From Camelus ferus (Eukaryota): a DNA stretch of 64,000 nt. The first letter of the stretch is position 1. Every line of letters begins with the position of its first letter. Both the position numbers and the translations under genes were made by a program. Positions 1-13,367 of the stretch are shown here, piece after piece. The stretch spans positions 49,850,001 to 49,914,000 of the forward strand of contig NC_045697.1 of assembly GCF_009834535.1 (NCBI RefSeq), written 5' to 3'. The notes beneath the pieces are model-generated. The model was not told where the DNA came from, did not search any database, and saw only the letters and a list, made by a program, of their open reading frames with translations.

Positions 1-19
1 CATGCTTGAGTTTTCCCCT

Positions 20-800
20 TCATCCTCAGAGGTGATGGGAATCTGTAGGGGTAGGAAGTGTTCAGATTTGTGGAGAAAGTGGAGAGCTGATTGGTTGGGG
101 CAGGTTAGGGGCTGGGGGAGTAGCTCATGGGAGGTGTGCTGCAGTGAAGAGGGAAGTTCAGGTGGGCTGAGGTAGGATATGGGCTAGACTGGATTGAGTG
201 ATTGCCTAGAGAAAAGAATATGGGGAGAGAGGGGTTCATCTCTGAGCAACTGTGTGGATCTGGGGTCATTTACTAAGATGGAGAAGAAGAGAGGATTTGA
301 GGGGGGATGATTAAGAATTCAGTTCTGGGTGCTTTAAATTTGAATTGCCAAAAAAACATGCAAATGGAGGATCTAGGAGGCTGTTGGATATATAGGTTCT
401 AGACAAAGATATTTGGGCAAAGAAAAATACTCAAGAGTTATTGGTGTATTGATAGTAATTGAATCTCTGAAGTAGGGTGAGTCTGCTTAGAGAGACAGTG
501 TTGAATGAACAGAGTACAGAGTTTAGGAGAGAGAAGGGCCAGCAGTTTAAGAGGCTGGAGGAGTAGAAACAGCAAAAGAGACTGAAATGAAAACAGATAC
601 GGAGGAGATGTTTTAGAACCCAGCTGATGAGAGATTTTTTTCTCGTAGAAGGGACTAATCAAATGTCATATCCTCCTGAAAGGTCAGAAAAAATAATGGT
701 TAAAAGTTGCCCATTGGATTATACAGTTTCTAGGTCACTGGTGACCTTGGCAGCAGCAGTGTTGGTTGCTGGGAAGGCAGAAGTGGTCTGGGTGGGTGGG
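20..800 (-). mobile_element. L2 LINE fragment (ancient)
   Basis: Degenerate L2 antisense motifs: gaattcagttctgggtgctttaaatttga, ggctgttggatatatagg, cagcaaaagagactga, ccattggattatac...ggtcactggtgaccttggcagcagcagt. Ends approximate. Confidence 0.7.
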
Positions 801-1552
801 GTCCCGGAGCTGCACCCCGTGAGCGAGGGGAGATGGGTGGTTAACGGATGTGGGTGGGCATGAGTTGTAGCAGCTGCGGTCCTGGAGGAGGGCTGTCATG
901 AATTTTCCTGTTGGCCATTATAATTTTATGGGGGTAATTTGTTTTGCATTGTGACTTTTTAAGAGCTGGCACTAAAAGAAAAATGAGAGGCTTTCCAGGG
1001 ACAGCTTCTTTGACAGCTCAGCACCACCATGCACACCCTGAGAAACTTAAAGCTTAAAGAGGATGGGAAAAACTTACAGGCAATTTATTAGTTGTGTTTC
1101 AAGCTGTGCACAGTGCAACAGACTAACGGTATATTAATGCCTTCCTGGGAGGCTGCCATTCACCTAGCAGTAGAAATCTGAGGATAAAAATGGTCTGTGA
1201 AGTGAGAAACTCACTCAGGATATACAGCGGAGCTTTTGGAAGAAATGATCCTCACACTCATAACAAGCTTCTGGTTTTTTATTGAGAATCATTCTTCAGA
1301 GAGGCCAGCTTACTCTTAAAAAAATTGCTGGGAGCAGTGCTTTGGGGCTGTGCATCAGAGTCACTGTAACCCTGTCTTGTCTCAACAAATGGGGATTGTT
1401 GACCTGGGAGGGGGTATGTATAGAATTGCTTCTTGAATTAGAACTGAAAATCTCAGATTAAATTTTTCTTGACTTTGGCATGCACCATGATTTTTTCCCC
1501 TTGCATATTGATTTTTTTTTTTTAAAATTTTGATCATGTCCAATTCATTCAC

Positions 1553-1684
1553 TTTTTTTTGCAGGGGGTAGGTAATTAAGTTTATTTATTTATTTGATTT
1601 TTCATTGGAGGTACTGGGGATTGAACCCAGGACCTTCAGGCATGCTAGGCATGCACTCTACCACTTGAGCTATACCCTCCCCCC
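1553..1684 (-). mobile_element. Camelid tRNA-derived SINE (Vic-1-like)
   Basis: Minus strand reads GGGGGGAGGGTATAGCTCAAGTGGTAGAGTGCATGCCTAGCATGCCTGAAGGTCCTGGGTTCAATCCCCAGTACCTCC, with Pol III A box (TAGCTCAAGTGG) and B box (GGTTCAATCCC), followed by an AATAAATAAACTTAATTACC tail and poly(A). Confidence 0.9.
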
Positions 1685-4600
1685 TTATTTTTCTGATTAT
1701 ATTTCCTTCAGCTTAATATTAAAATGAACTTGTCTTGTCTAAACACACCTATTTGGACTGAGACAAAGGCAGCCCAGGAGCTCCCTGGGTGATCAGGGGA
1801 AGCCAAATTGGTTGAAGTTTTAATTTGGCTGTAGAGATGCCACATGTGGACAATCCATAGGCAGATGATCTAAACTTGACCAGCAATGGGTGGGGCAATC
1901 CAACAGAGACCACAGAGGGTATAGGGGAGGTGACATAGTTCTCAGGAACCAGGAACTGAGCTGATAGCTAGAGTACAAGGGTGTGTCCAGATTCCGGTCC
2001 AACCAAATCAATCATTTGGAGTGTCTTACTGTTAATGAAGATGACAGGGGATTAGTTTAATTTCTAAATTCCTACACAAGTTCTGTAGGCTCATTCATTG
2101 CCATGGGCTGCAAGTGGTTGCTTTAACTATAGGTCTTCATATTATTTTAGCATCTGGGAAGATGAATTAATTCAAGATCCACCAGATAGGGAAAACAGAG
2201 GAGTTGGGGTTGGCTAGGAAATTGATTGGGGGTAGGGGAGACTGAGCCTGAGGGCCCTGATTATTAGCAGTCTTAGCTGTGAAGACAAGACCAACTTCCT
2301 AAAGTCTCTTAGATACTGTTTAGCTATGGAGTTGAGAGATAGGAGTGAACTGGAGCATTTTCTTAAATGTGAGTGGTCACTCCTGAGTCTCTTAAGTGAA
2401 AAACTCCTGTCTTTGTTCTAAAATACTATCTTCTTAAATAATCTTTTATGATTATCTTTTTTAGAATTCTCTTGAGCCCAGATATTCTGCTTGTGCTCAG
2501 AGGAACCTCCATGATGAAATTAGTTTCAGAACACAAAGTTGAAAATGAATCCTAGATTTAAACTGGGAATATGTTTAGCAGCCTAAGCCTATAATATGAT
2601 ACTTCACCTCACTTTTAACATTTTTCCTTCGTAATCTCTCCTTTAAAGCCAAACTCCTAAGAAAAGGAATTTCCATAATTTTGTCAAATGCCTTCAAATT
2701 GAAAACCTCATCAGAATCCTAATGGATGTGAAAATAATGCCAACTTTCTGGTTAAACAGCCATCCCAAACCCTACGGATATTCACTTAATCTGATGCTGG
2801 GAACTCAATAGTTTTGGGAAACTAACAAAAATCAAATGATACCACTGCTATGTAGTTTGACTAACTTTGATATTTGACTTAAAATTGGATGACAAAGTCC
2901 ATTATATATCTAGTTGCATAAAAAATGTAATCCTGAAAATTTATTCATTAAGAAGCTTATTCAGACACACTTCAAAATTGTGAAGAAATGGAAATTGGGA
3001 TAATCAAGAAGATGATACAAATTCCTAAAATGCAAATTTTTCTTTAAAATTTTAAAAAGCTTTTTGTGTACACACACAAACATACATATGGATATATGGA
3101 GAGAGAGACGAGGAGCGGGGGAGGGAGATAAATTGCAGATTGGAAAGGAAATAAGACAGCCCCACAGGTAGCACGAATTTACAGGTGCACACTTAATTCG
3201 CCGACTTTCTGAACTGTATTCTTTATTCTATCCAATTATTCAGGCAAACGTTCCTTTAGTCCTCCTGGGTTCAGTGACATTAGGATGCATCTTGAGAACT
3301 GGCAGGAGACTTGCCTTGTCCCCAGTGGTCTCTGGGATAATTACTTTGGATGATTTTCCTCAATCCTTCTCCTTGGTGATTCTGTAAGGTGCTGTATTCT
3401 GCCTCTCTGCTGACATTCTGCCTGCTCTTTGTAATTGCTTCCTGTTCTGTGCTCCTTTGTCAGATACCCTGAAGCCGGATGAGGAATAATAATTGTCACT
3501 AATCTCCTAACTTGTCCTCAGAGAAGCAATGCTATAAACAGGCCTCATCTTCAAAATACTGCATTATGTATTTCTGTTGCCAAGGAATGTACTCAGGGTT
3601 TAAATATAATGCATGCCTTTCCAAATGATGGAGATTAAGGGAGAGTCTGATGTATTCAACGAGACATTTGAAAAGCTGGATCATTCCGGGGGACAGCCAA
3701 TGTTGCTCAAATAGGAAGAAATGCAGGCAAAAACAGAGCTGTCAAAATTTTTGCTCTATTAAAAGAGTCATTTTCTACTCGAGAATTGTAGGATCTAAGA
3801 GTTGAAAGGGTACTTTTGAGAACACCTCTAAATTCACATCCAGTGCTTTAGCTCCCTGTTTTTAAAGGAACAAGTATACTCCTTAGAACCAAAGGCTTAA
3901 AAAACAAAGACAAAATGCCATATCTAGAAAATCAGAAGTGACAATTAAAAAAAAATGAAACTGAAAATCTGATTTCCTGGAAAGATTGATCAGGAGAGTT
4001 GTTTCAGATAGACTTTGCATGTAATTCTTGACCAGACAGTTCCTTTTCCTATGGACAATTCAGTAGTTCTAAGTAATTGGATTTTACCCCAGAATCTGGA
4101 TAACTTGAGAAAAATATAACCATTTACTCAGTCCTGATCTAGACCTACTGCTGTTTATTATCACTCATGGTAATTTTTTTCTCCTAAACTGGGCATTCTA
4201 AACCTGGTGTCTTGCTTTTATTGGTTTGAAATGTTGCTTTGTCTCCGTGAACTCATTTTTAAATTTGTTTTTCAAGTTCAATGTGTTTATTTAAGAATTC
4301 AGTTGCTTCCTGAAAAATGTGAATGTAACCAGATCTCCACTATCCAGTACCAGTTAAACCTTTTGGTTAATGAGATCAGATTGTGGATTGGATTGCAGAT
4401 AGTGTTTAAGAGGGACAGAGTAGGAAACGTGCCTGGCCTGTCTAACCAGCTTTGCACATTCCGTCCTGCTCTTCCTCCAGCCCCCAGCCCATACCTACAC
4501 ATACGGATACCCACACACCATGGGGCACAGTCCTCTGCTCACAGGTTAATTTTTGCTTTACTCTGTATCAACTCCCACTGCTTTAAATTTTTTGATTTAT

Positions 4601-4726
4601 TTATAACCTGTACTATGCCATTTAGCACCTCAAGGAAGAAAATGCTGTTCATGCCGCTGGCTTACTGGAATCTCATCTCATGACATGAGATACGATGTAT
4701 GCACTGATCATAAAGGAAAGGGTAAA

Positions 4727-4936
4727 CAGTTTTTCAACCTCAGCGCTATTGACGTTTTGGGCTGGATAATTCTTTGTTGTAGGGGATCACCTGTGCACTG
4801 GAGGATGTTTAGCAACATCCCAGAACCCTATCCACCAGATGCTAGTAACAAATTCCAGTCATGCCAACAAAAACGTCTCCAGATATTGCCAGATATTCCC
4901 TGGAGGGCAAAATCGAATTCTTGTTGAAAAACATTG
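4727..4936 (-). mobile_element. MER20 hAT-Charlie MITE, full length
   Basis: TIR-like ends cagtttttcaac...gttgaaaaacattg; internal gctattgacgttttgggctggataattctttgttg and gtctccagatattgccagatattccctggagggcaaaatc match the MER20 reverse complement. Confidence 0.85.
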
Positions 4937-4999
4937 AGCTAAGAAAATGTGAATGGTTTTATGGAACACATCATCCTCTTCAGTATGTCCCTACCATCA

Positions 5000-5197
5000 A
5001 TCACAGTTCCTGGTACATGATGGGGTTCAGTGATACTCAGGGGTCTTACTATAAAGAGGACAGGATATAGTGTATCATAGGAAGGCAACAGAACCTGTTA
5101 GTTTCTGTTTTCGGGCTTATAGTAGGTGCTCAACTAACATATTTTTTCAATGACTACATAATAGATGAATGAGTGAGTGAATGAGTGAGTGGATGAC
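5000..5197 (+). mobile_element. L2 3' end fragments
   Basis: cacagttcctggtacat and tagtaggtgctcaactaacatattttttcaatga followed by a (TGAA/TGAG)n tail typical of the L2 terminus. Confidence 0.5.
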
Positions 5198-5479
5198 TTT
5201 CCCACCTGGGACTTTAGATATTGAGAGGAAAGTAGATCTAAGCTTGGTGTTACTATAATTCAGTGATTCTTCAAGTTGAGGGTGTCACCCTCCTACTCTC
5301 TTTAGAGGTCTGTGAATGCTATGGTGGGATGCTGTCATACTATGTCACAGCTATGGCTGCAGTGAGTAGGGTCTCAGTGGCCCTCAGTCCCCTCCAGCTC
5401 TGCACCTCTTTCCCAGGGATCAGACTGTCACCTTTAGGTTCTTTCCCCTCCCACGTTACTCCTCATGCACAGATGAAGG

Positions 5480-5746
5480 CAGTTTTCTTCAACCCAAGGA
5501 CTGTGACCTATTTATGAATTCTTAAATTTTGATTTGGTGGGTCTTGGCCAGCATCTGAAAAAACAGAAAAGGATAAAACAGAAGAGAAAATATTAGAGTA
5601 CATCATGTGTTGTCTGGGTAAGTATTGTCTCTTAAAATTTTTATTTCAGTTATTTTGTGTTTGTTTGGGTCCTGGGATGTGCAGTAAAATATATATTTAT
5701 ATATATATTTTGTGGGTCCCCTTCAGAAAAGTTTGAAAGTCACTTG
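5480..5746. mobile_element. hAT-Charlie MITE (MER112-like; subfamily uncertain)
   Basis: Ends cagttttcttcaac...gtttgaaagtcacttg; internal gaaaatattagagtacatc...gggtaagtattgt...ttttatttcagtta...tgtgggtc. Confidence 0.6.
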
Positions 5747-7056
5747 CTGAGGGGGTAGCCCAGGAATGCGGTAACCAGAGCGGAAAGTGCTCTCTCCCAA
5801 TAGCTGGGTTGCTAAATGAGGCTGAGAGAGTGATAACGGATGCATAGAGAAATATTGCAGAGATCCTGGGCTTTGCAGGCAACGTCTCCACTTATGACAA
5901 CACAAGGAGGCACGGCTGTCTTTTGGAGTGAAGTGGTGGGAGGCGATGGGAAGTAAAGTCAGATAACCCCAGGTTTAAGCCTAGATTTCTAGTGAAAGCA
6001 GTGTCTGTTCCCTTTGTGTGTTCTTTTTTAAAGTATAAAAAGAATACAGCTGTTCTGTCTGCAGAATTTCTTTTCTTGGCCCCATGAAAAATGATATCAG
6101 AGTATTTCACTGGTCTTCTATTTACCCAAGCTGAAGGAGTCCAGTGTTTCATCAGTCTGATCAAATGTCCCTTGTAACAATATTGACTCAGATGATGGCA
6201 AATGAAGATATTTTCTCTAAGGTAAAAGCCTGTCACTCATGGCGTTTAGAACAAGTATAGGCTAGCTGGAAATGCCTCTTTTAACATTGCTGACATGAAG
6301 AACAAATGGATTTGAAAAACATGTGCTCTTGGTGGATCTTTTTCCTATGTGAAAAACAGTTTATTTCAAACTCAGAAAGTGATTAATTTTATAGACTATC
6401 GAATACTATGATTAAATCACATAAAACCAAGTGTATTGGTATATTATTCATAAAAAAGATGATAACCACATTTCCCTTTTTACTTTATTTTAAAAGCCAG
6501 AGGGGAAAAGAACTACCAAAAAATATACAGAATTAACAGCCAGGAATATTATAAAGGAGGTGTCTGGATTAAGCAAGGAGTACTAAAGAAGGCATTTACG
6601 AATTTGAATATCCTCTTCTGAAAGTATCTACATAAAGCCACTTTTCTTTCTAAAAATGTGCATGATGCTTCTGAGACTGACTGGATCCTTGATTTTGTGC
6701 AGCTTTCCAACAGCATCATCAGTACCAGATAGACTTAGGCCTTGGGCATCCTAGCCGGGACCACAGCTTAGTGCTGAGAAAACTTTTCCTGACCTGTTTT
6801 TGGTTCCCCATCTAACCTGCTTCCAGACTCTCTGTCTTACTTTGTTACCAATTTTTTTCGATACTATCTCATCTCAGTCCCTATGCACATCCCTTTCCCC
6901 TAACTATGATTCTAACTGTGTTTTTCCATTGCCTCCTGCCACTCTGGATTATGTTTTTCCAGATCTAGCATATCTCCATGGATTTTTAGACAGTCTCCTT
7001 GCAGATGGCGTTCCTGCAAGGCTCTTCCTTTATTCTTGGGGATGACTTAAACATAC

Positions 7057-7526
7057 TGCAGGGAAGGAAGATTTTCCCCTTCTTCTCTTCTAGGTGCTTT
7101 GGCTGATCTAACAATAAAAGGCAGATTAACAAGAGAAAAACAAATTAAAATTTGTATTACGGGAGCACCACAAAGACAATGAGACTCAAAGGCAAGTTGG
7201 GCAACCGAAGATTACATGCCGTCTTGAGCTAAGGGACAGGATGGGGCTGGGGCTTCGAAGGGGAGGAGGGTTGTTTCCAGGAAGATGAGAAGAGCAGATG
7301 TTTGGTAATCAGGTGTTTTCCCTGCCATTAGGATAGTTCTTTCAGATAAAAGATTATCCCTGGTAATAACTCTCTTTCTAGCTGGGCCCCTGATCTGAAT
7401 TCTTTTAGGCAGTTAAGGAGAGGTAAAAGGTTTTCCTGAGTCTGGTGGGTCTTGATTGCTTTCAGTTCAAAATAATCCACATACCAAAGTGGTATACTTT
7501 GGGAAGGTATATTCTGCACCCCTTTA
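7057..7526 (-). mobile_element. ERV1-class solo LTR (MER34-like)
   Basis: Minus strand starts (T)AAAGGGGTGCAGAATATACCTTCCCAAAGTATACCACTTTGGTATGTGGATTATTTTGAACTGAAAGCAAT, resembling the MER34-family 5' end. Plus-strand left end is tg; flanks atac/atag form a near 4-bp TSD. Confidence 0.75.
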
Positions 7527-7719
7527 ATAGACAAAAATAAGTATGTTTACAGAAAGTTTTAGAGCACCAAGAAAAAGAAAATATTCAGTGTGTTGAAGGA
7601 GAGGTTGTCAGTGATGTAAGTGCTTATAGACAGAAAAGAAATCATGGGGGCTCTTGGTTTGTTTTTACTTGAAAGCACTTTGGGGCCAGAGAAAGATCAA
7701 ACCAATGTGAAATCAAATG

Positions 7720-10345
7720 AAGTATTAAAAATAATGAGAATTTAGTAAGGCATTTGTATACAAGATGAAGATGTAAAAATCAATAGTCTTTCTCTGTTCT
7801 AGCAAAAATCACCTAAAAATGGCAATGGGAAAAATGTCCCATGTTTGACATAGCAACAATATCTAAAAAGTGCTTAGCAATAAAATAACAAAATAAAAAA
7901 CCTGTATAAAGAAAGCCATAAAATTGTTATTGAAAGACATGAAACAAGAGCTGAACATATGGAGGGTACACCATGGCCTAAGACTGAAGGGCTTAAAATA
8001 ACAGACACCAATTTTATCAAATTTACTAGGCTCAGTAAAATTCCAAAAGGGATTTTCTTTTTAGACTTGGATAAAATGTTGTGAAAGTTTATATGGAAGG
8101 ATAAATACTCACAAATAGAGGGAAAATTTTGAAAAAGAAAACTAACCAAAAGTGACTGTCTTCCCAGGTATTGAGTCATACTATAATGCCACAGGAAGCA
8201 AATTAATGGTATTGGCAAAAGAACAGACTAATATTTCAGAAGAGCTGAATAGAGAATCAAGAAGTAAAACTGAGTACGTATAAAAATATGCAGTGCTCAT
8301 CCAAAGTATATTTATTGCATGTCTATTCTATAGCAAGTTTTATTCTAGGCATGGAAAAATTAAGTATTGCTATTTAGAGAAGAAAAGGGTAGATTATTTA
8401 GAGCTGGCAGAACTAACTGATCACTCATATAGAGAAAAATAAAATTAAACCTCTCTCGCATTATACACAAAAATACATTCCAGTGTCAAAGCCTAAAAAG
8501 TTAAAAACATGACACTCATATGAATATAAATTGAACTCAAGTCAAAGACTGATGTGACTCATGAATGAGGAAGCAGCAGGATGGTAAAACTGTTTCAGAA
8601 AGCATTTGGAGAACAGAGATTTCAAGAATTAGTCGAGAAAGGCAGGCTGAAACAAGCTTACTTACTAAGTTAGAGGCAAGAGTGGTTAATGGCCTATTAT
8701 AGGGAAATAAAACTGTGACTTATTTTCTTTATTGGACAGAAATAATTTGCACCTCTATCTGGAGAAAAACCTACATGTTAACATGAAAAAGTTATAGAGT
8801 CTGCACAGACATAGAAAACAAACTTATGATTACCAGAGGGGAAAAGGGTGGCAAGGGATAAATTGGGAGTTCAGGATATGCAGATACTAACCACTATATA
8901 TAAAATATATAGACAACAATACTGTATAGCCCAGAGAACTATATTCAATATCTCGTAGTCACCTATAATGAAAAAGAACATGAAAAGTAATATATGTATG
9001 TATACATATGATTGAAACATTGTGCTGAACACCAGAAATGGACACAACATCGTAAACTGACTGTATTTCAATAAAAAAAAGGAGAAAAGTCCTAGAGTCT
9101 GGATCCTATCAATAGTAAATTGAAAATCAAGAATGGCACATCGAGGGCCTAGAGAAATAGTCCTTTCATGGGTTTCATATGACAATGAAAGGACATGCAA
9201 CCATTCTTTTGCTGTATTTCCAAGTTCTGGACAATTTTTCTTAATACCATACAGACTGAAATTTTAAACATAGATAATAAAGCAATTTAAAAAAGTACCT
9301 GCAAGAAACATTAAGAGATACTCACATGCATGTTTTGAATATGAGACAATTCTAAACACGACTGAACATTCTGAAGTTATAAGAAAAGAGAAACTATATA
9401 AAATTGAAAAAGAAAAGGCTTTTGTGTGGAAATAGATACTATCAACAAAGTCAATAAATAAAAAATAGATTTGGGAAAATACTTGTAAAGGATGAACAAA
9501 GGGTTAATGTAAAATGAACTCATACAGATTGACAAGATAAACGCTTGTGGAAAAAGGGACAAAGGATATTGAGGCAATTCATGAAAGAATGAAGATGCTC
9601 ACACTCACCAAAGGTTGAGAAAATGCAAATTAAAGTAGTAAGTCTTATAATTAACTGAAATGTCAGAACTTTAAGAGTGATATCCATTCCTGGTGGGCAT
9701 GTGGGGAAAATAATATTCTCATACTTTGATGATGGAAATGTGAAATGTTATAGGATTTTTAAAAAAAAAAATAGAAATAGCTATTAAAATAAAAAGTACA
9801 TATATCCTTTGACCTAGCAAATCTTACTTCTGAGATTGTTCAAAGGAAAAGTGCCAAGATTTAAGAATATATGCCCAAGGATGTTTATAGCAGCATTAAC
9901 TGCATAAAAGCTGGGAGAAAATGAATGGCTGTCAACAGGGCAATAGTGAATAAATTACAGAACATTCATTCCAGGTAATATAACGTTTCCATTAAATAAA
10001 AAAGAGTTAGACCCATATCAGAGGATTGGAAGGGATTTCCATGAGTTATTGTTGCATGAGGAAAGCAAGGTATAGGAAAGTCTGTAAAATATGATCTCAT
10101 CCTTATAAAACAAAAGTGTATTCACTGCCACATGTTTATATGTAAAGAGATGCTTACATATAATTATATAAGCATAAAGAGAAATATAGGAAGAGAAATT
10201 TCCTAGGTAGTTAATATGGATAACAATGAGGGAAGGAGGGAAAGAGAGAAAACCAAGCAAAATAGGGAAAGAAATTTTTAAAACATTGTATTGGAAACAA
10301 CTCTTAGTATGAGCATATCTGTGCATTTATAGAAAACTGCATTTG
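7720..10345 (+). mobile_element. Old L1M (L1ME-like) ORF2-to-3'UTR remnant, interrupted by younger insertions
   Basis: A-rich decayed ORF2 motifs (aaaatcaatagtctttctc, tggtattggcaaaagaacagac, gaaaatgcaaattaaagt, tttgacctagcaaatcttacttctgaga, aaggatgtttatagcagcatt). No intact frame. Confidence 0.7.
8804..9084 (+). mobile_element. 5'-truncated lineage-specific L1 3' end with TSD
   Basis: cagacatagaaaacaaactt...gataaattgggagtt...tatttcaataaaaaaaa. TSD aaaagttatagagtctg (8787-8803) / aaaagtcctagagtctg (9085-9101). Confidence 0.9.
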
Positions 10346-10887
10346 TGTATATGTAAAAGAAAATTTAAAAAAAGAGTCTGACACTCATGAGAGAGAAAGA
10401 TATTGAGGCAATAAGCATCCTTAGAGAAAGAGTAAGGGCTGGGTGAGAAAAGAAGACAGGAACAACTGTTACTGGTACTGAACAGTCTACAGACACTTTC
10501 TGGGTCTCCTCAGAGACCACTGGGGGGAAGGACAACTCTTGGTCAACAACTGTATTGAGCCCCTCCAGTCTGTGATTCAAAGCTGTGGCATTCTCCTGGA
10601 TATCAGCCTGTCTTCTCCTCCCCAGTGAGTGTTTAGACCCCAGAGACGGAGGAGAGATGAACTCCTCTGCATAAAGAAAGAGGTGGAAATTTGAGGGTGG
10701 AACGTAGGTAGGGATCTGAAAGGGAGGGGTCCCAGAGGAAGGCAGAGCTGTGAGAGAGGATGGCGAAGTGACAGGCAGAGTGGCCAAGGACTCAAATACA
10801 GGATACCTTGAGCTGATTCTAAATTCTTTTGCTATAATGCCCCCCTGTTTCTGACACACACATACAGATGTAAAGATAACTGTGTTG

Positions 10888-11167
10888 CAGACATAGAAAA
10901 CAAACGTATGTTTCCTAAAGGGGAAAGGGGGGGAAGGAGGGATAAATTAGGAGCCTGAGATGAACAGATACACACTACTATATATAAAACAGATAAACAA
11001 CAAGGACATACTGTATAGCACAGGGAACTATATTCAATATCTTGTAGTCACCTATAATGAGAAAGAATATGAAAATGAATATATGTATGCACGTGTATGA
11101 CTGAAACATTATGCTGTACACCAGAAATCGACACATTGTAACCGACCTATACTTCAATTTAAAAAAA
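10888..11167 (+). mobile_element. 5'-truncated lineage-specific L1 3' end
   Basis: Same 3'UTR family (tactgtatagcacagggaactatattcaatatcttgtag...tatacttcaatttaaaaaaa). TSD unclear. Confidence 0.9.
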
Positions 11168-12794
11168 CCCATGAATTGTGGTGAGTACTGTGAAGAGTAT
11201 ACAGAGCATGTATGACAGGCAGGCGGGGTGGAGGCCAGGGGCTGAACTCCATGAGCACCTCACAGTCATCCTTGCCCACCATTCTACACAGACCTTAAGA
11301 AAACAGGACAAAAGATTGGGAAGACGAGGAGCGTCCAGGGAGAAAATAAATGGAGACTTGAGGTGTTCACATATAAGGATGCTAAAAAAAAGTTGCAGTT
11401 TTGCCCAGGACTGCTCCTGAAGGGAAACGGAAGGGCCCAGAGGGTCACTAGCATTCAGTTACTTTTTCTATAGTTGGAATTACTGGCCAAGCCTCCCACG
11501 TCTAGGGAGAAAGGAAGGGAGGCACTGTTATTGAGCACCCAGGGTGTGCAGAGGGCTTCTCATAAGGAACTTTGTTTATTTCTCCTGGACAACTCTGTGA
11601 AGCAGGTATCCTTACCAGCCTCTTCCATGTATGAAGAAGAGAAAAACCCACTCGATGGTACACGTTTAAAATCCTTTTTTTGGTTGTGCTTTGTGTCGTT
11701 GGTCGGCAGCTGGCCCTTTGTTGTGCTGATGGGAGAGAAGCAGAGGGAGGCTCAGAAGAGGCCACACTGAGCTGCACAGTAAAGCATGCAGGTCCCCGGG
11801 ACAATGCCTTGGAGTGGGAGGAAAAGCTGGTCCAGCTGGGGTGGGGATTTTGAGGTGGGCAGAAGATGAACTGCAACAACAGCAGGCAGGCACAAGGAGG
11901 GAGACGCAAAGGAGATTTTTAGGGAATCTGTCGGTGTGCTCTGCCAGTGCAGCACCCCTCCCCCCTTTGCTTTGTGGGATCACAAGAGCAACATCATTCT
12001 TCAAGGCCTTCGGAGGTGTGTCTTTTTAGGACGCTGAGATGAACCTTAAGTTGGGTACACTGAGGCCAGTCTTATTCGAGTTCTAGGCAGAGGACAAAAT
12101 AAGGTTCAGATGGCCTAAGAAAAGTTCCGGAAGTCACTTCACCACCCTGCCCTTCAGTTTCTTCCTGGAAGATGAGGTGTGGACTAGGCGACTGCCAGGC
12201 TTTCTTTGAGGGGGCACAGGCTGACTTTTCACACAGGTTAGACCAGCACCTTCACATTGGCGAGGCCTTGTGCTTTTCAGTTCTCACCTCCTTGGCAGCC
12301 GCCACCAGAGGAGCTGCGAATAGCCCTGAGATGCTGGACTGGGAGCTGTTCCACCACAGTGCCTGGGAGCCCCAGTCTTGCCTCTGTTCTCTCCGTGTCA
12401 GGGGAGAACAGCTTTGAACCAGCTCTTACTCCCCAGGAGACCTTGCCCCTCAGGCGGCCCAATTTCGGCTGGAGGAGGAGACACTGCACTGCACTGTCCC
12501 CGCGGCCTCTCAGGGAAAAAGTGCTGACTGCTGTCGAGGGGACTTGCAAAAGCCTGCTTATTCTTTCCATCAGAACACAGATTACTCATTTTCTCATGAA
12601 GCTTCTTTCAAAGTCACATTGCTTTTCTGCTTTTAAAAGTCACACAGGTTGACTGTAGAATATTTTAAAATTCAGAGAGGTATATTCAGGAAAAAAATTT
12701 TCTGCAATCTCACATTGAGAGATGATTGCTTTTACTATGTGGCACATATGGTTTCTGTTAACAAGTATTATTACAAATGCATAATTTCATTCAT

Positions 12795-12900
12795 AACCAA
12801 ATGTGGAGTTTCACTGAACAAGTATTCATTGAGCATCTGTGATGTGCCAGACACTGCTCAGACAAAACGGTGAATAAGGTGGAGACGTTTCTGCCCTAAT
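12795..12900 (-). mobile_element. L2 3' end
   Basis: aacaagtattcattgagcatctgtgatgtgccagacactgct...acggtgaataag. Confidence 0.6.
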
Positions 12901-13329
12901 CAAGTATATACCAAGCTTACATTTTTATAACATGATTATCATACTATAATATAATTAATATCTTCGTATTTTAAATTAACATGATCACCAGAGTGCTCCA
13001 GGATCTCTAGTCTTTGCGAGCCTCAGTTGTAAAGCCTAACTGTATGGCCTCTTATGGACGCTCCTTCCTCTGTCTAAACCCCTTTGGTTGAGTGGATGGT
13101 TCTGTCTTCTTCCAGATCCACTTCCTGGCTACTGTTGCTTTTCCCAGGGATGATCCCTTCTGGACCAAACAATGCCTTTCTCCAGGGGTTTTGAACACTG
13201 GACCAGTGAGAATAACTAGCATTTCCAGTCTGGGAGTGGAGGTAGGAGACTTCGGAGGGTTTAGCATTTAGGTCTCTTGCCAAGCTACAGCAGGAGAAAA
13301 CGAGACTGAAAGAAAGATATTTGCAGAAA

Positions 13330-13361
<32 letters not shown>

Positions 13362-13362
13362 T
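13330..13362. repeat. (TG)n(AG)n compound microsatellite
   Basis: Directly visible. Confidence 0.9.
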
Positions 13363-13367
13363 GCAAG

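Noticed and set aside
1553..1684. tRNA-like sequence with A and B boxes
   Set aside because: It has a SINE tail and poly(A) and lacks a proper acceptor stem, so it is a SINE rather than a tRNA gene.
4207..4683. 158-aa ORF
   Set aside because: Non-ATG start, no recognisable homology, composition typical of non-coding DNA.
10365..10859. 164-aa minus-strand ORF
   Set aside because: Antisense to a purine-rich stretch giving a S/P/L-rich low-information peptide; no recognisable family or splice context.
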